Origin: Tubiluchus corallicola
Taxonomy: Eukaryota; Animalia; Priapulida
Reading direction: 5' to 3'
Length of the DNA: 56,811 bases
Assembly (NCBI GenBank): GCA_030141605.1
Contig: JAQGDQ010001186.1
Span: forward strand, 1-56,811
Shown here: positions 24,771 through 36,300 of the stretch, one piece after another
How the letters are laid out: every line of letters begins with the position of its first letter
Position numbering within the stretch: the stretch's first letter is position 1
Made by a program: the position numbers and the translations under genes
Notes under the pieces: generated by a model
What the model was told of the DNA's origin: nothing
Database searches by the model: none
Seen by the model: only the letters and a program-made list of their open reading frames with translations

Positions 24771-27700
24771 ATGAAGCTGTATAAATTGCTTGTTCACCAG
24801 AGGAACTTCAGTGACAATGACTTACTCATTAACCCGAAAGAATTTCCTGGCATAGCACTGGGCGATGTGGTGGAAATCTTTCACCAAGATGGCGAGTTCA
24901 GCAGACTGCTGCTGCAAGTGAGTTCTTTAAGCGAGGATTTTCAGCAAAAGGACTGCATCAGCGTAGATCAGTCGATTGCTAATGTGTTTCAGCTTCGCAC
25001 TTACAAAGACGTGCATGTGAACCAGATAAATCCTAAAGACGTAGCGCTGGAATTGTTAGAGCTGACGTTCAAAGATCAATACTTGACTCGATCTGATATG
25101 TGGCGAATGAAACAGCATCTGGTTGGGTCGTGTGTTTACCTTAGCAAAAAGATTGTCTATGCGTCGATGCGCGTGCAAGCGGTTGAAATGTGGGCAAACG
25201 GTGACAAGGTGGCGTGCGGGGTCATTAGCGAAGACACAAAAATAGTGTTTAGGTCAGTGACTGCAATGATTTACCTCTTCATACAGATGAGTTCCGAAAT
25301 GTGGGAATTTGACACTAATGGAGATTTGTACATCGAGAAGGCCGTCGATGGCTTTCTGACTGATTTGGTCGCCAGGTGGAAGAATACTGGAGCCGGACAC
25401 GAAGTGACCATAGTGTTATTCTCACGGACATTCTACCAAGCTGCATCTATAGCAGATTTTCCAGTTGATATACGCGACAGCATTCAGCAGGACCATAACG
25501 GCAGGTTTTACGAAGATTTCTACAGGGTGGTCATTCAGGGTGAAAGGTACGATGATTGGGCACCCACCCTGTACATGTTGAAACGTCTTTTCTCTGAGTA
25601 TCGACGTACAGTGTTGAGGCACCTCGATCCAGTAAGTGGGGAGTTTAATAAGTGCTCTATGCCTAAAGGGTATATAAGCACGGCTGCACAGGGAAACTTC
25701 CTTGAAATGCTGAACATGTCCTTGAACGTTTTTGAAAATCACTGTAAAGATCGTAACTTTGATCGGACCGGACAGTTGTCTGTGATAATTACCGCGGGCG
25801 CAGGCGTGTTTGAGGTAGATCGTGAGCTGAACAATATCACAAAGCAGCGAACAATTGATTATGGAATCGGCAGCGATTTGGTGTGTTTGGGTGAGCAGCC
25901 ATTGCATGCTGTTCCGTTGTTTAAGTTTCATAAAAAAACCAGCAGTACTGTTCTGGCAAATGAGAGTGATGACTACAACATACCTCACTGGCTTAACTGC
26001 AGCTTCTACAGTCGTGAAGAAGTGCAGGTAACTGATGGATTTATCCCACGCCTAAAGTTACCTGAGAGAAAACTTAAGAGGCGTGATGGAGTGTGCGTGG
26101 ATAACACGATGTTTTTAAAGAAATGTTCTCGGGTGCCGCAAGGTGATAGTGCCGACAGTTTTCCCGCCTTGTTCGATTATGACGAATACGATTCGGGCGT
26201 ATTTAAACCTCATAAAACTATTAACTACAAAGAATCAAAAACGTCTTCTCACAGCTTTGTACATACTCTTGAGCCATCCAAAAAAGTAGCACCATCTGCT
26301 GAACAGGTCAGCAAAGAACACGACCCTGCTTTCAAGCGTCAGCGGTACGTTTCTGAAGATTACAGCATGTTTGAGACTCAGCAGTCAAAAGACTCACCCG
26401 TACCCGGCCGAGCATCCGCCATCGAAATCCTACGACGTGCACATGCTAAAGAAATTTTGTCTTCATCAGTAGGAGCTACATTTCCAGTTGCACAACCAAC
26501 AGGTTTTGCTGACCGTCGTCCCTCTTGTTCGACACTAATGGGTTCGGTAGACGACAATGAGGAGATTTCGTTGCAGGAGCGCCGCATCGTTGGCAGTGCC
26601 GGCTCTTACTATGAAGGTCATGGCTTTTCACTTGCTGGCTACAAGCCTCAGAGATCTCTTATAAACCCATTTGCTCCTCTTAATTTGAGTATGAAGGTAA
26701 CATCTAATCGCCGTCGCTGGGTACACTCGTTTCCCACCAGTAAAAGCGGACAAGTGTTAAGTCAGCAGCACCATAAGCTGCCAAAAACGGAACAAGACGA
26801 TGAACTGACAATTCCAGCTCGTCGTGTCCTACAAGCTGGAGAAGCTGTGGTTGAGGCTAGGTTGCATCACCAGCGACATCAGGGTAGTACTGAATCTGAC
26901 AGTCCTCAAAGCACTCTTCACAAAACGTGGAGTTTGACAAGCATTAACAGCACAAGTAGCATTCAAAGTGGAAGACTGAAGTCCGCAGACAAAAGCTTTT
27001 TTGAATCAAATCAAATGAGTGGAAGCATAAATATAAGTACTGGTACTGGAAGTTATCAAGACCACAGTGGCAGTATTTCAAAAGTCGCACGAGGTTCTCT
27101 AAATTTACCATTTGCAACCACTTCCCGCGAGGGAACTCCTATGCCATTGGCTACTTCTGGATCAGGCAGAACTTCCCAACACACTGGCCGTTCATGGGAA
27201 GAGTGGAGTGTTAACACAGAGACCGAGTGGATGCCTGGATTAACAACTGGTGTTGACTGGAAATCCATGAGTGTTCCAGCATGTTTGCCAATCACTACAG
27301 ATTACTGTCCAGATAAGCGGAGCTTACAGAATGATTATGTGGTTTCCGAGTATCAGTTATTGCCTGACACTGACGCTTATACACCATTTGTTGAGGACAA
27401 GCACAAGACTGAACTGGATGTGAGTGTCGTCTTGAAAGAGTTGGTGTCACAGCGTTTACAACAAGGCTTTCAGTTAATACTTCCCCTAAAAGCTCAAAGG
27501 CCTCAGGCGAGCGGAATGACACCTGCTACGCCCACTCCACCGTATGGCTTCGCGAGCACACGTTTAATGGGCATGCCCTATGATGAATCCGAAGAATATC
27601 TCATGAGTATTGGTCGAATTCTTCACAAACTTTCGCTGTCGCCAGGATCTAGTGAAATCATTGTAACCCAGTATAAACCCAGGCATCCATACCCTAATCA

Positions 27701-29597
27701 AAAGTTACGATATCGCTATCAGTTTCGAGTTCCAGACAGCGAAGTGTACGGTATGTCTTGGGTAGAATTTAAACACGAACAGCTCGAAAGCTATAACTGG
27801 AACCATCTGGATAATTATATATGTAATCAGGGCGACAATTATTGCATTTTAAGTGAATCAATGAAGTATTGGCGTTGTCGTTTCATGCTTTTGCCATGCA
27901 ATAATTCAGCGACTAAACAAGCTGCTGAATCTTCAGCAACCTGCGACTTGTACACCGAGAAAACAGTGGAGGAAAAGTTACAATTAATGGATGGGTTTAT
28001 AAGATTTATGGAGATACTAAACAAAATACGTCGACCGGTTCAAGCCCGGAAGCCAAAAATCTCTGAAATACGAGGTACGCCTAGTCCTCTTCTAGTCAAG
28101 TCATCTAATGGCCAAGGATCAACTGATATTGACAGTTTAATCGCACCGAATGCTAATGCTAATAATGAAAGCACAACTTCTGCCCCAACAGAATCAAAAG
28201 AAGGCCCTCCTATAGATACCCCTGAAAAGTTGTCGACTTGTTCGCCAATCGCATCCATATTAGATGCTCTTTGTGACCCCAACGAGGGCATATGTTTTTT
28301 AAAAAGACAGCGCAATTTGCCGGCTGATTGCTTTGTTAGCATTGAAGCTGTTTCATGGATAATGGAATCAGTTGAAAGTGTTCAGAGCGATTTGCAGGCA
28401 AATGAGCTTATGCAGACAATGGTAGACAATGGACTCATATGTCATGCTTCTGGGAATCCTAACCATCCGTTTGTGAACGGTTTCTATTTGTACTTTGTTG
28501 TTAAACACTTTGACATGAGCAAAGGGGGAATCCGATGCAACCCGGAGTTTAGCTTTGACTGGGTAGAAGTCGCTATTAACCCTTCGAGTGCATATTCAAG
28601 CAGCTATAGTGGTCACAGCTCACCCAGACTGATTCGCAAGATAATGTCATCAGATCGTCTGACTGAATTCAGCTCATCTTGGCAGTCTGAAAATAGCTTT
28701 GACAATTTCCAACTTGATAGACAAACACAAATGTTCAAGACTGCACAGATATCCCTAGATGCCGAAAGCAAGAGCGGGCGACGAGAATGGGTAAATGTCA
28801 CCTATAGTAGTAACTACTATATGGACAGGCCATATGAATTAATCTTTGATTGGTTGGTTGCTACTGGTAGCATACTGGGTGAACAGGTTCAGGGATGGGC
28901 ACGAAAGACAAATGCTTGCGGATTTCACTTAATACCTACGCCAATAGATCCATTTGCATTGCCTTGGTCTCCTAGCTCTGATCCTCTAAGAGGCCCCATT
29001 TTTGTTCCACTTAATATTAATTGCTTGCTTGAGGGAAGAAGTTCCCTTTTCCAAGATTTTGATGGACTGGACAACAGCGAAGCCATGTTAACTATGCAAG
29101 AAGATATACTGCACCGATTTGGTTTCCTGCGCTACAGTAGTCCACTCCCTCAAATTGGCACTGGTCCAGATGGAATTGGCTATGAGTATAGTCATGTGAC
29201 CGGAGCCATGTGGGTTTTAATATGTACGGGAGTGCAGCCAAAGTTGGATCGGCATTCTGGTCGTTTTTCTGATCTCGGCGCACATGGACAGTACATTCGT
29301 CGACAGAGAAGTAAACACATGATTCGTAAGACAAGCATTCCCGTGTTGCTGGAAATAGGCTTTCTGTGGTCCTGGAATTTTCTTCTAAACAGAAAATGGA
29401 GGACGAACAACACTGGCGACGAAGCATTTATGGACAAAATGCTAGCAGACTTCCGTGCATTTTGTTCTAATCAAGATAACCGACTGGTTCAGTACTGGAA
29501 CGAGTACTCTTCTCAGTTACAATCTTTGTGTGCAGCTTTAACAATACCTGTATCAACAATTGCTAAAGGTGAAAATGGTCAAAATAGTCAAGTGTGA
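24771..29597 (+). CDS. DEPDC5: GATOR1 complex subunit DEPDC5 / Iml1, single coding exon, 1608 aa
   Basis: Uninterrupted ORF with DEPDC5 hallmarks: LLINPKEFP, FIQMSSEMWEFD, GRFYEDFYRVV, GNFLEMLNMSLNVF, GSDLVCLGEQPLHAVPLFK, YNIPHW, TSNRRRWVHSFP, VDWKSMSVPACLPITTDY, DEP domain (CFVSIEAVSWI...FVNGFYLY) and C-terminal GFLWSWNFLL. Confidence 0.97.
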   Translation: MKLYKLLVHQRNFSDNDLLINPKEFPGIALGDVVEIFHQDGEFSRLLLQVSSLSEDFQQKDCISVDQSIANVFQLRTYKDVHVNQINPKDVALELLELTFKDQYLTRSDMWRMKQHLVGSCVYLSKKIVYASMRVQAVEMWANGDKVACGVISEDTKIVFRSVTAMIYLFIQMSSEMWEFDTNGDLYIEKAVDGFLTDLVARWKNTGAGHEVTIVLFSRTFYQAASIADFPVDIRDSIQQDHNGRFYEDFYRVVIQGERYDDWAPTLYMLKRLFSEYRRTVLRHLDPVSGEFNKCSMPKGYISTAAQGNFLEMLNMSLNVFENHCKDRNFDRTGQLSVIITAGAGVFEVDRELNNITKQRTIDYGIGSDLVCLGEQPLHAVPLFKFHKKTSSTVLANESDDYNIPHWLNCSFYSREEVQVTDGFIPRLKLPERKLKRRDGVCVDNTMFLKKCSRVPQGDSADSFPALFDYDEYDSGVFKPHKTINYKESKTSSHSFVHTLEPSKKVAPSAEQVSKEHDPAFKRQRYVSEDYSMFETQQSKDSPVPGRASAIEILRRAHAKEILSSSVGATFPVAQPTGFADRRPSCSTLMGSVDDNEEISLQERRIVGSAGSYYEGHGFSLAGYKPQRSLINPFAPLNLSMKVTSNRRRWVHSFPTSKSGQVLSQQHHKLPKTEQDDELTIPARRVLQAGEAVVEARLHHQRHQGSTESDSPQSTLHKTWSLTSINSTSSIQSGRLKSADKSFFESNQMSGSINISTGTGSYQDHSGSISKVARGSLNLPFATTSREGTPMPLATSGSGRTSQHTGRSWEEWSVNTETEWMPGLTTGVDWKSMSVPACLPITTDYCPDKRSLQNDYVVSEYQLLPDTDAYTPFVEDKHKTELDVSVVLKELVSQRLQQGFQLILPLKAQRPQASGMTPATPTPPYGFASTRLMGMPYDESEEYLMSIGRILHKLSLSPGSSEIIVTQYKPRHPYPNQKLRYRYQFRVPDSEVYGMSWVEFKHEQLESYNWNHLDNYICNQGDNYCILSESMKYWRCRFMLLPCNNSATKQAAESSATCDLYTEKTVEEKLQLMDGFIRFMEILNKIRRPVQARKPKISEIRGTPSPLLVKSSNGQGSTDIDSLIAPNANANNESTTSAPTESKEGPPIDTPEKLSTCSPIASILDALCDPNEGICFLKRQRNLPADCFVSIEAVSWIMESVESVQSDLQANELMQTMVDNGLICHASGNPNHPFVNGFYLYFVVKHFDMSKGGIRCNPEFSFDWVEVAINPSSAYSSSYSGHSSPRLIRKIMSSDRLTEFSSSWQSENSFDNFQLDRQTQMFKTAQISLDAESKSGRREWVNVTYSSNYYMDRPYELIFDWLVATGSILGEQVQGWARKTNACGFHLIPTPIDPFALPWSPSSDPLRGPIFVPLNINCLLEGRSSLFQDFDGLDNSEAMLTMQEDILHRFGFLRYSSPLPQIGTGPDGIGYEYSHVTGAMWVLICTGVQPKLDRHSGRFSDLGAHGQYIRRQRSKHMIRKTSIPVLLEIGFLWSWNFLLNRKWRTNNTGDEAFMDKMLADFRAFCSNQDNRLVQYWNEYSSQLQSLCAALTIPVSTIAKGENGQNSQV

Positions 29598-29657
29598 TAG
29601 TTAATAAAGTTCAAACTACTAGTATAGTTTGAAATTGTCATAGGCTGTCAGTAATTA

Positions 29658-30140
29658 CCGTATTTTCCCGTGTATAAGAGACCCTTTTTTGCTCAGAATT
29701 TTCACTTTAAAAATAGGGGGTCTCTTATACATGGGAGTAAGTCTTTTCAATAAGATGCATAAATTGTGACGCTAATGATTTTAAAGAAATAAGTGCTGTA
29801 CAACTGTTTTATTTCGAATAATTATAGTTTCCTTTCAATAAATCTTCTCCATGTCTAAATTCTAATGATAAAATTAATGTACCGGGTAAGTTATTACTTC
29901 TTTAAATGTCAAAAGAGGACAATGCCATTTTTGAGCAGAGTGACTCCTCTGATGATGAACTGGCTGGAATTGCTGAAGGTCTGACTCCAGTTGATATTTT
30001 TGATGAGAGTGATGAGGAATTTAATGATTTCTATGATGAATAAAGTTATTCATTACCAAAAAACTTTTTTCCAGAATTTTTGCCTAAAAATTGAAGGGGT
30101 CTCTTATACACAAGGGTCTCTTATACATGGGAAAATACGG
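29658..30140 (+). mobile_element. pogo-like internally deleted DNA transposon just downstream of the DEPDC5 stop
   Basis: TA TSD and TIR CCGTATTTTCCCGTGTATAAGAGACCC/GGGTCTCTTATACATGGGAAAATACGG. Retains an acidic transposase-like tail EDNAIFEQSDSSDDE...DESDEEFNDFYDE* (about 29915-30043). Confidence 0.88.
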
Positions 30141-30819
30141 TATTAGTATTTTGAGAAATTTAAAATCTGTGACTTGTATTAGTTTTTTATTGTTACGGAC
30201 TTTTCACTGTGATAAAAATAAATTTTAATGTAGTTATGAGTTTGCCATAAGAAACCATTTTTTGTTTGCATAAAAATCTGATGTGCATATCTTCGGACAT
30301 TGTTTCATAAATCTTTCTATTGCAAAAATATTTATTAAAACCACAGTCATGATTATTTTATTTCATTAAAAAAATAGTGACATTAAAATACAATTGTGAT
30401 TCTTGCACTTTGTTCATGCATTTTGTGTATTTTTGAAGATAGGACTCAAAATCAAAAATCCAGGATAAAAATCTCGTCCGCACATCAGTTGTATCGACAC
30501 ACGTTTTCCGTGTGTTATTGTTACATTTAAATTTCAGTGACTGCTCATGTATAAGTCTTTTGAACTATGTATTATCATGACAGCTCTGAAGTACTTAAAG
30601 TTTGCTAAGGTTGGTGGCAAGCAAATTATTCCATTCATTCACTCTTACAGTAAAATGAATATTTACGTATGTCGACTGTCGCGATGTGGCTGCTGTTTGA
30701 AATGCATTAATAAAATTATTATTAATGCAGCTGTATTAATGCTAATTGCATGCTGTTTCAATCTTTGTAATGATAAAGAACGTACGTGATTGAAGTGTGG
30801 AAATTATTTGGATCTTTAT

Positions 30820-30895
30820 TTTTGGGTTTCGAATCGAAATCGAACTAAAAAACTTGTTCGGATGATCGAACTCGAATGTTCGATGCTCACCCCTA
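30820..30895 (-). mobile_element. hAT(Ac)-like terminal fragment with TTCGAA-rich subterminal repeats (related, inverted, to 55086-55450)
   Basis: Ends GATGCTCACCCCTA. The reverse complement matches TAGGATGAGCAC...TTCGAATT at 55086. Confidence 0.55.
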
Positions 30896-31559
30896 TCCGG
30901 CATGCAGTATGCAGAAATGTATAAAAAATTAATATTGTTGTAACTATTTCGGTATTAATGCTTAATCAGTACATATGCAAATAGCAAACTAGTTTCAGTA
31001 CAATAAATTTCTAACTACATACATTAACCAACAATTTGAACTTTCAAGAACTATAAAACTGAAAATTACTTTTTTTAAAAATACAGGATTTCTATGAACT
31101 CGATTAACCCATAATCACGACAGTATACTAAGTCACTGAGCACAATTATAAATTAACGAATTAATTATATGACCAAGTGGCACAGTGTTTCCAGGGATGT
31201 TCATAAAGAGCTGTCATATTGCTGTTTGTGGATGCATGTCATGTCGTTTCTTAAACTTGAACGACGTATAGCTATAAAATTAATTTTTAAGCAAATTATG
31301 AGTTCAGCATTCTTATTCTTGATTTTAGAAGTGAATGTAGTACAGCCGAAAGCGTACTGCACAGCGACGCGAAGCTGTATGTATATAATGGATTAACGAG
31401 AAAAAATGATTATTTAGTTTTTTATAACGGTACTAGTACTACAAAAAAATGAAATTAACGAATACAGTTGGCTTATACTATAGGTCATTAGCATACTTAT
31501 TCCGAGAACAAGTAGTATTAGTAATTCCTGATATTATAATAATGCTTATCTTGACTTGT

Positions 31560-32186
31560 TACCACACACTGTTGTGTTTAACGGCATCATTTCCAACATT
31601 TTTTTTTGAAAATCGGTTTGTCAACGCTTCCTCATCATTTCTTGCTGATGAAACTTTAGAAAGTGCACACATCACAACACTGTATAACAACGTCTTCTAT
31701 GGATCCCACTTGATGTAACACTTCAACCGCTAAAAGCTGTAAAACGTTTTTAAACATACAAAAACTGAAAACGTAAACTTTCAAAGCTACGCGCGGCTCA
31801 GTGATCTATTAAAATTGGCAGTGGCGCCTTTTTGTCACATTTGTGTGGCTGACAAATAGAAGGCGGTACCATGATAACCATGATCATGAACTGCTGTCTT
31901 AGTTTCTGACGTCATATGATGTAGAGCCCATTTTCGTGACATGCGTTTCAGCAGTACTGTAACACTTATGCAAATGTGCTTCATGCGCAAGGGAAGACGC
32001 CTGCCATTGCACAAACTGTGGTTAGTCTCTCACGTAAGCAATAGCTGTGTTCGGCTGCCGTAAATTTACTTTCTAAGCTAATTATTCAACTATAAGAAAC
32101 AATTGCTAACTTTTATAGGCAAGAAAATGTATATTTTGGAACTTTAAATTAAAATGAGATCGAGTCTAAACAATCGTCCGGTTTTC
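31560..32186. mobile_element. Kolobok-like family B fragment
   Basis: 31800-32186 aligns with 7030-7410. The left boundary is uncertain, and 31560-31740 may be a decayed THAP-coding remnant. Confidence 0.6.
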
Positions 32187-32296
32187 GGATTGTGCACTAT
32201 ACTACTGTTACAGAAACTGTTTAATGAGTGTGAGAGTTAATGTTATTGTGATGTTTTATAAGGTTTCTCCATTTTGTAGTGCATAATTTTGGTAAA

Positions 32297-32503
32297 AATT
32301 CACTGAATTGCAGGTTTAGAGTTTAAGTCTGTTTATTTTAAGATAAATCGCTTTTCTGTTTTGACTGTTCCAACCCTGACACTTTGATAAGTTTTTATAA
32401 GTTTTATAAATTCACTGAATTGCAGGTTTAGAGTTTAAGTCTGTTTATTTTAAGATAAATCGCTTTTCTGTTTTGACTGTTCCAACCATGACACTGTGAT
32501 AAG
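32297..32503. repeat. Direct tandem duplication, period 112 bp
   Basis: AAATTCACTGAATTGCAGGTTTAGAG...TTCCAACC(C/A)TGACACT occurs twice. Confidence 0.9.
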
Positions 32504-32999
32504 TGTGCGCGACATGCGCTAAATACAAGTCCAACAATCTTTTAGATGTAATCTATGATTTTTTATTGTACAAAATGGGCAATCATCGTCTCATCCCAAA
32601 ATCAGTATCACATCATGACATATTTGACTGACTGACTAACTGATTGACTGATATATTATGAGCGACTCGACTTCGTTTTATATCTTTGCCGCATCTTACT
32701 AACTTGCTAAAGAGAACTCGACAGACAAAATTTTGTTATAAAACGACACGACGTACTGAACAAGAATGACTTCTTTCCTATCCTGTCTGCAAAGTGTGGC
32801 CAATGGCCTATTTCCTGTCCTAGCTCACCTGTCTATCAACAGCCTAAATTTGCAAAAAACAAACACAAGGAGGCACCACGTGCTTATATCCAAAACAATA
32901 AGAGATATGAACGATAAGAGATAATCTTTTGGCAGTTAGCCAAACTTTGAAGCAGTTTAAAGTCTGCTTCACCAGAGACAGAGTGCATGAAAGACGGAG

Positions 33000-33373
33000 T
33001 GTTGTGCGCTATACTACTGTTTCAGCTGTTGAGCCTTAGCTTTTTGCCTCGCTGTGCCACGTTTCTCTAGTGATATTGGTAAAATGGCAACTTTAAGTAA
33101 AAGCTCACTTTTAGCATCGTATGACTGCTGGCTTCTTTACTTTTGATTCATGGGAAAGGTAAGCTTGCTATCCTTAGTCCTGTTGCAGTATAGAGGCTAG
33201 TAATATGAAGTCGATGAAAACGCAAGTAGTTCGGTGAATCTGTTTCTGCCTCACCTGTGGTGCAGGGGAAATCAACTATACTACTGATACAGCTGTTTGT
33301 TTTTCAACAGAAACGACGACAAGTTCTGGCATTTTGATGTTCAGTAATTTGGAAAGAATTTCCATAATTTAAG
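33000..33373 (+). other. Probable VPS16 5' UTR with a short intron (33159-33310)
   Basis: Strong donor AAG|GTAAGC at 33159 and acceptor TGTTTGTTTTTCAACAG ending at 33310, upstream of the ATG at 33374. The transcript start is approximate. Confidence 0.55.
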
Positions 33374-36300
33374 ATGGCAGTCATTGGAACTTGGTCTCCG
33401 CTTGGTCTCGGGAAAAATGTATTTTATAGGTGCGTATTATTTTAGCACCATGTGCATGCATAGGAGTAATATTAAAATGACATCATAAACCATTGTTCAA
33501 GTTTGCTGAAGATAGTAGAACAGGTGCCAGTATTAATTTGTAACCGTTATTAGAAATTTTAGCAGGACTAGTTGAAAAAATAATAATTTGTATTTTTTAT
33601 GGTTTTTTTAGTCGTGAGCAATGTAGTAGTCATGACTTTGTAGATCTCTTTTAACATCGTATAATCTAGAAGCTGATTTTAACTGTAGAAAAATACTAAA
33701 CCGCTTATAAGTCATTAAAACGTTTTGTGTTTCTGGTGTATTGCGCCGAGTAACCCACTAGCCGAAGTAGGACACTTCCGGTAAAACGCATGTGCTTAAT
33801 TTGCGGGAAAGCAGTGTCGTACATGGGCAGCCCAAGTAGGTCACTAGCGATTTCTGTCGAGATTCAAGATCTATGACATAATAAAACATAAAACTAAATC
33901 TGTTTTAGAAAAAAGTAACTTTATAATAATGATGGATAGTCCTTGACAATTTACAAATGTATTTTTTACAACAATATTATCATTATCATTAGCTCCATTA
34001 ATAATTATCATCATAACATTAAACTAAATATCTAATGCTTTAAAGAGAAAAACTATGTAGGGCACATACCTCGCTAATCTGTTTACTTAGGAGAAAACAA
34101 TTCAAAGCAAGACAAAATAAAAAATGATATACCTTAAACAAATATTGGATTGCCTAAAAAGTGCGCTTATTTCACTTCAAAGAAGATTAATGTTGGCAAG
34201 ATTCTACTAACTCAGGATAAAATTCGTTTATTTTACTTATTCGTTTTTTATTCGTTTATAATAAATTATTCAACGTGTATTGACGTTTTTAGTTTTTATT
34301 ATTACATAAACAAGGACAACGGAAGGTGCCAGTACGCTTAACAACCCAATTCGCGACCTGTCTCTAGTGTCCTACTTGGGCAGCCCATGTACGACGCGTC
34401 CTACTTCGGCTAGCCCATGTACGCCAATTGTCATACTTCGGCTAGTGGGTTACTTGGCTCCCAACATCTGGTTTTCTTTGCAGTAAATACAGCATCTATT
34501 CTATGAACTGGGATGATCATATTGACTTTTCCAAGGTCGTCATAGCTGCTGCTTCATACGGAGGCCCGATAGGTATTCCTGAATTTTGCACTCGTCTGTT
34601 CATACTGGTATTAGTTTAGATTTTTATCTACAACAACGATAGACGTACAAAATTAAAACGGAAAAACTTAAGGAAGTATCTTATGTTGGGTGTGCCTTAT
34701 TGAGGCAGACAGTAAAAATACTTCTCTTTCTGTCTAATCGCCCGGGTGATTACATGTATGTTTCACATTGGTTAGCATTGAAACACTTCAACTTTAGCAC
34801 CACACAGACATCGTGCGAAAAACGAAAAATCGGGGAAGAAAGCGGAAGTGACGTCCTCTTAGGAACGACACTGCGCATGTGTGACTCTCGTATTTACATG
34901 TAGGCAAGTCAAGGGGGTACGGAGGTAATGGAGAGACTGGGGAACTCTATGAAGCATTTTTAATATTAAGCTCAAATCATAGTTTTGTCCACACTTACTT
35001 GAATGCTTTATGTTTTATAAATGAAAAAAATAATAATAACGAAGTACAGCGTGTAAAAGTTTCAGTGTGACATCACTCGTATTTGTAATGTGTGTGGAAT
35101 GGCACGCATTATTGATCATGTTATGGGCGGCGGCAGATTATGATTTTATGGGCCTTAGGCTTGAGCTTGGAACGGGCCTATTAAATGTTGCTACACTGCT
35201 GAGCTGACGTGTTTTTGTGGGGCTCTCGTCGTTTGTTTAATTTTGTGAGTCTTTGCCCACCGATTGTGATAAAAATTATATCTTCTTGATCCTTGAGTTG
35301 TGGACTAGGACTATATAAACACGATTACAGCTTGGTGAGTTTCTGGGTTAGATGTCAACTGAAATAAGCCAATCAGAAACTGTGAAAGTAACTTTAGTTT
35401 CGTTTTATTTTGCCGGGCCCCTTTTGATCCCGGGCCTTAGGCTTCAGCCTATCGGGCTATCCGCTACAGGTTATGGGCAAATCTAATGATAGTTCTGTGT
35501 TACAGATGAATCCCAGCTGAGCAGATCTCTGACATCAGATTTGTTTCCTGAATGCCAAACTAATTAATTTATAATGTGATGTATGTTTAACATGCATATT
35601 TTTTCGCTTTTGTGTCTCAGAATAGAAGAAGCTGATTCATTTTCTACTTCAAGCATTTGCCGCATTTTTTTATCGCAGACCCGGCCGAGAATTTTAAAAA
35701 GTTTTGTACATTCGTATACTTTCTTGACGCAGTCACACAAAAGCGTATTTTTTTTAATTTAAAACATAAAATGCAAAAATTATTATAGCATCATTCCTTC
35801 AGGGATCCTTCAGGGAAAACTTCTATCAGTATCCATCCTCACAGTAGTTGCCAAACAGTGGTGTTAGCTTAATCAAGTTATTTTAAATTAACATACTATT
35901 AAAAAATAATAGTCTTTCTATCTTTCATATCATCCCATATATGAGCTTCATTCATTACGTCATTCCATTTTAAGCACTAATGTTTTTTTTAATCACGATT
36001 CACTTTAAATTTTCAGATTATCTCCATATTTTTTTTCTATCACTGTGTGGGACAATCTAACAAGCCCTGCTTTTTGACCGCCCGCAACACATTTACCTTC
36101 GTGTATAGGTGAACAGTGTTTGAGGCTTTTCCTGTGCAGTATTTCTTATTTGTATTATATCCATTGTAGGCCCTTTCACTAGATATTGTACATGAAACCA
36201 TTGTAAATGTGTAAGGTGAAATAAATGACTTATGACTTAGGACGCTACCATGTTTTTCCACGGTTAACTCTTGGCCAGGGTTGCCATTTTGTATGATGCT

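Noticed and set aside
25422-29437. Antisense ORFs within DEPDC5 (up to 188 aa)
   Set aside because: Expected shadows of a long coding strand, with no recognisable motifs.
32876-32883. CACGTG E-box as a TFEB CLEAR element for the lysosomal cluster
   Set aside because: Single hexamer lacking the TCACGTGA flanks, expected by chance. No matching motif was seen between LAMTOR2 and DEPDC5.
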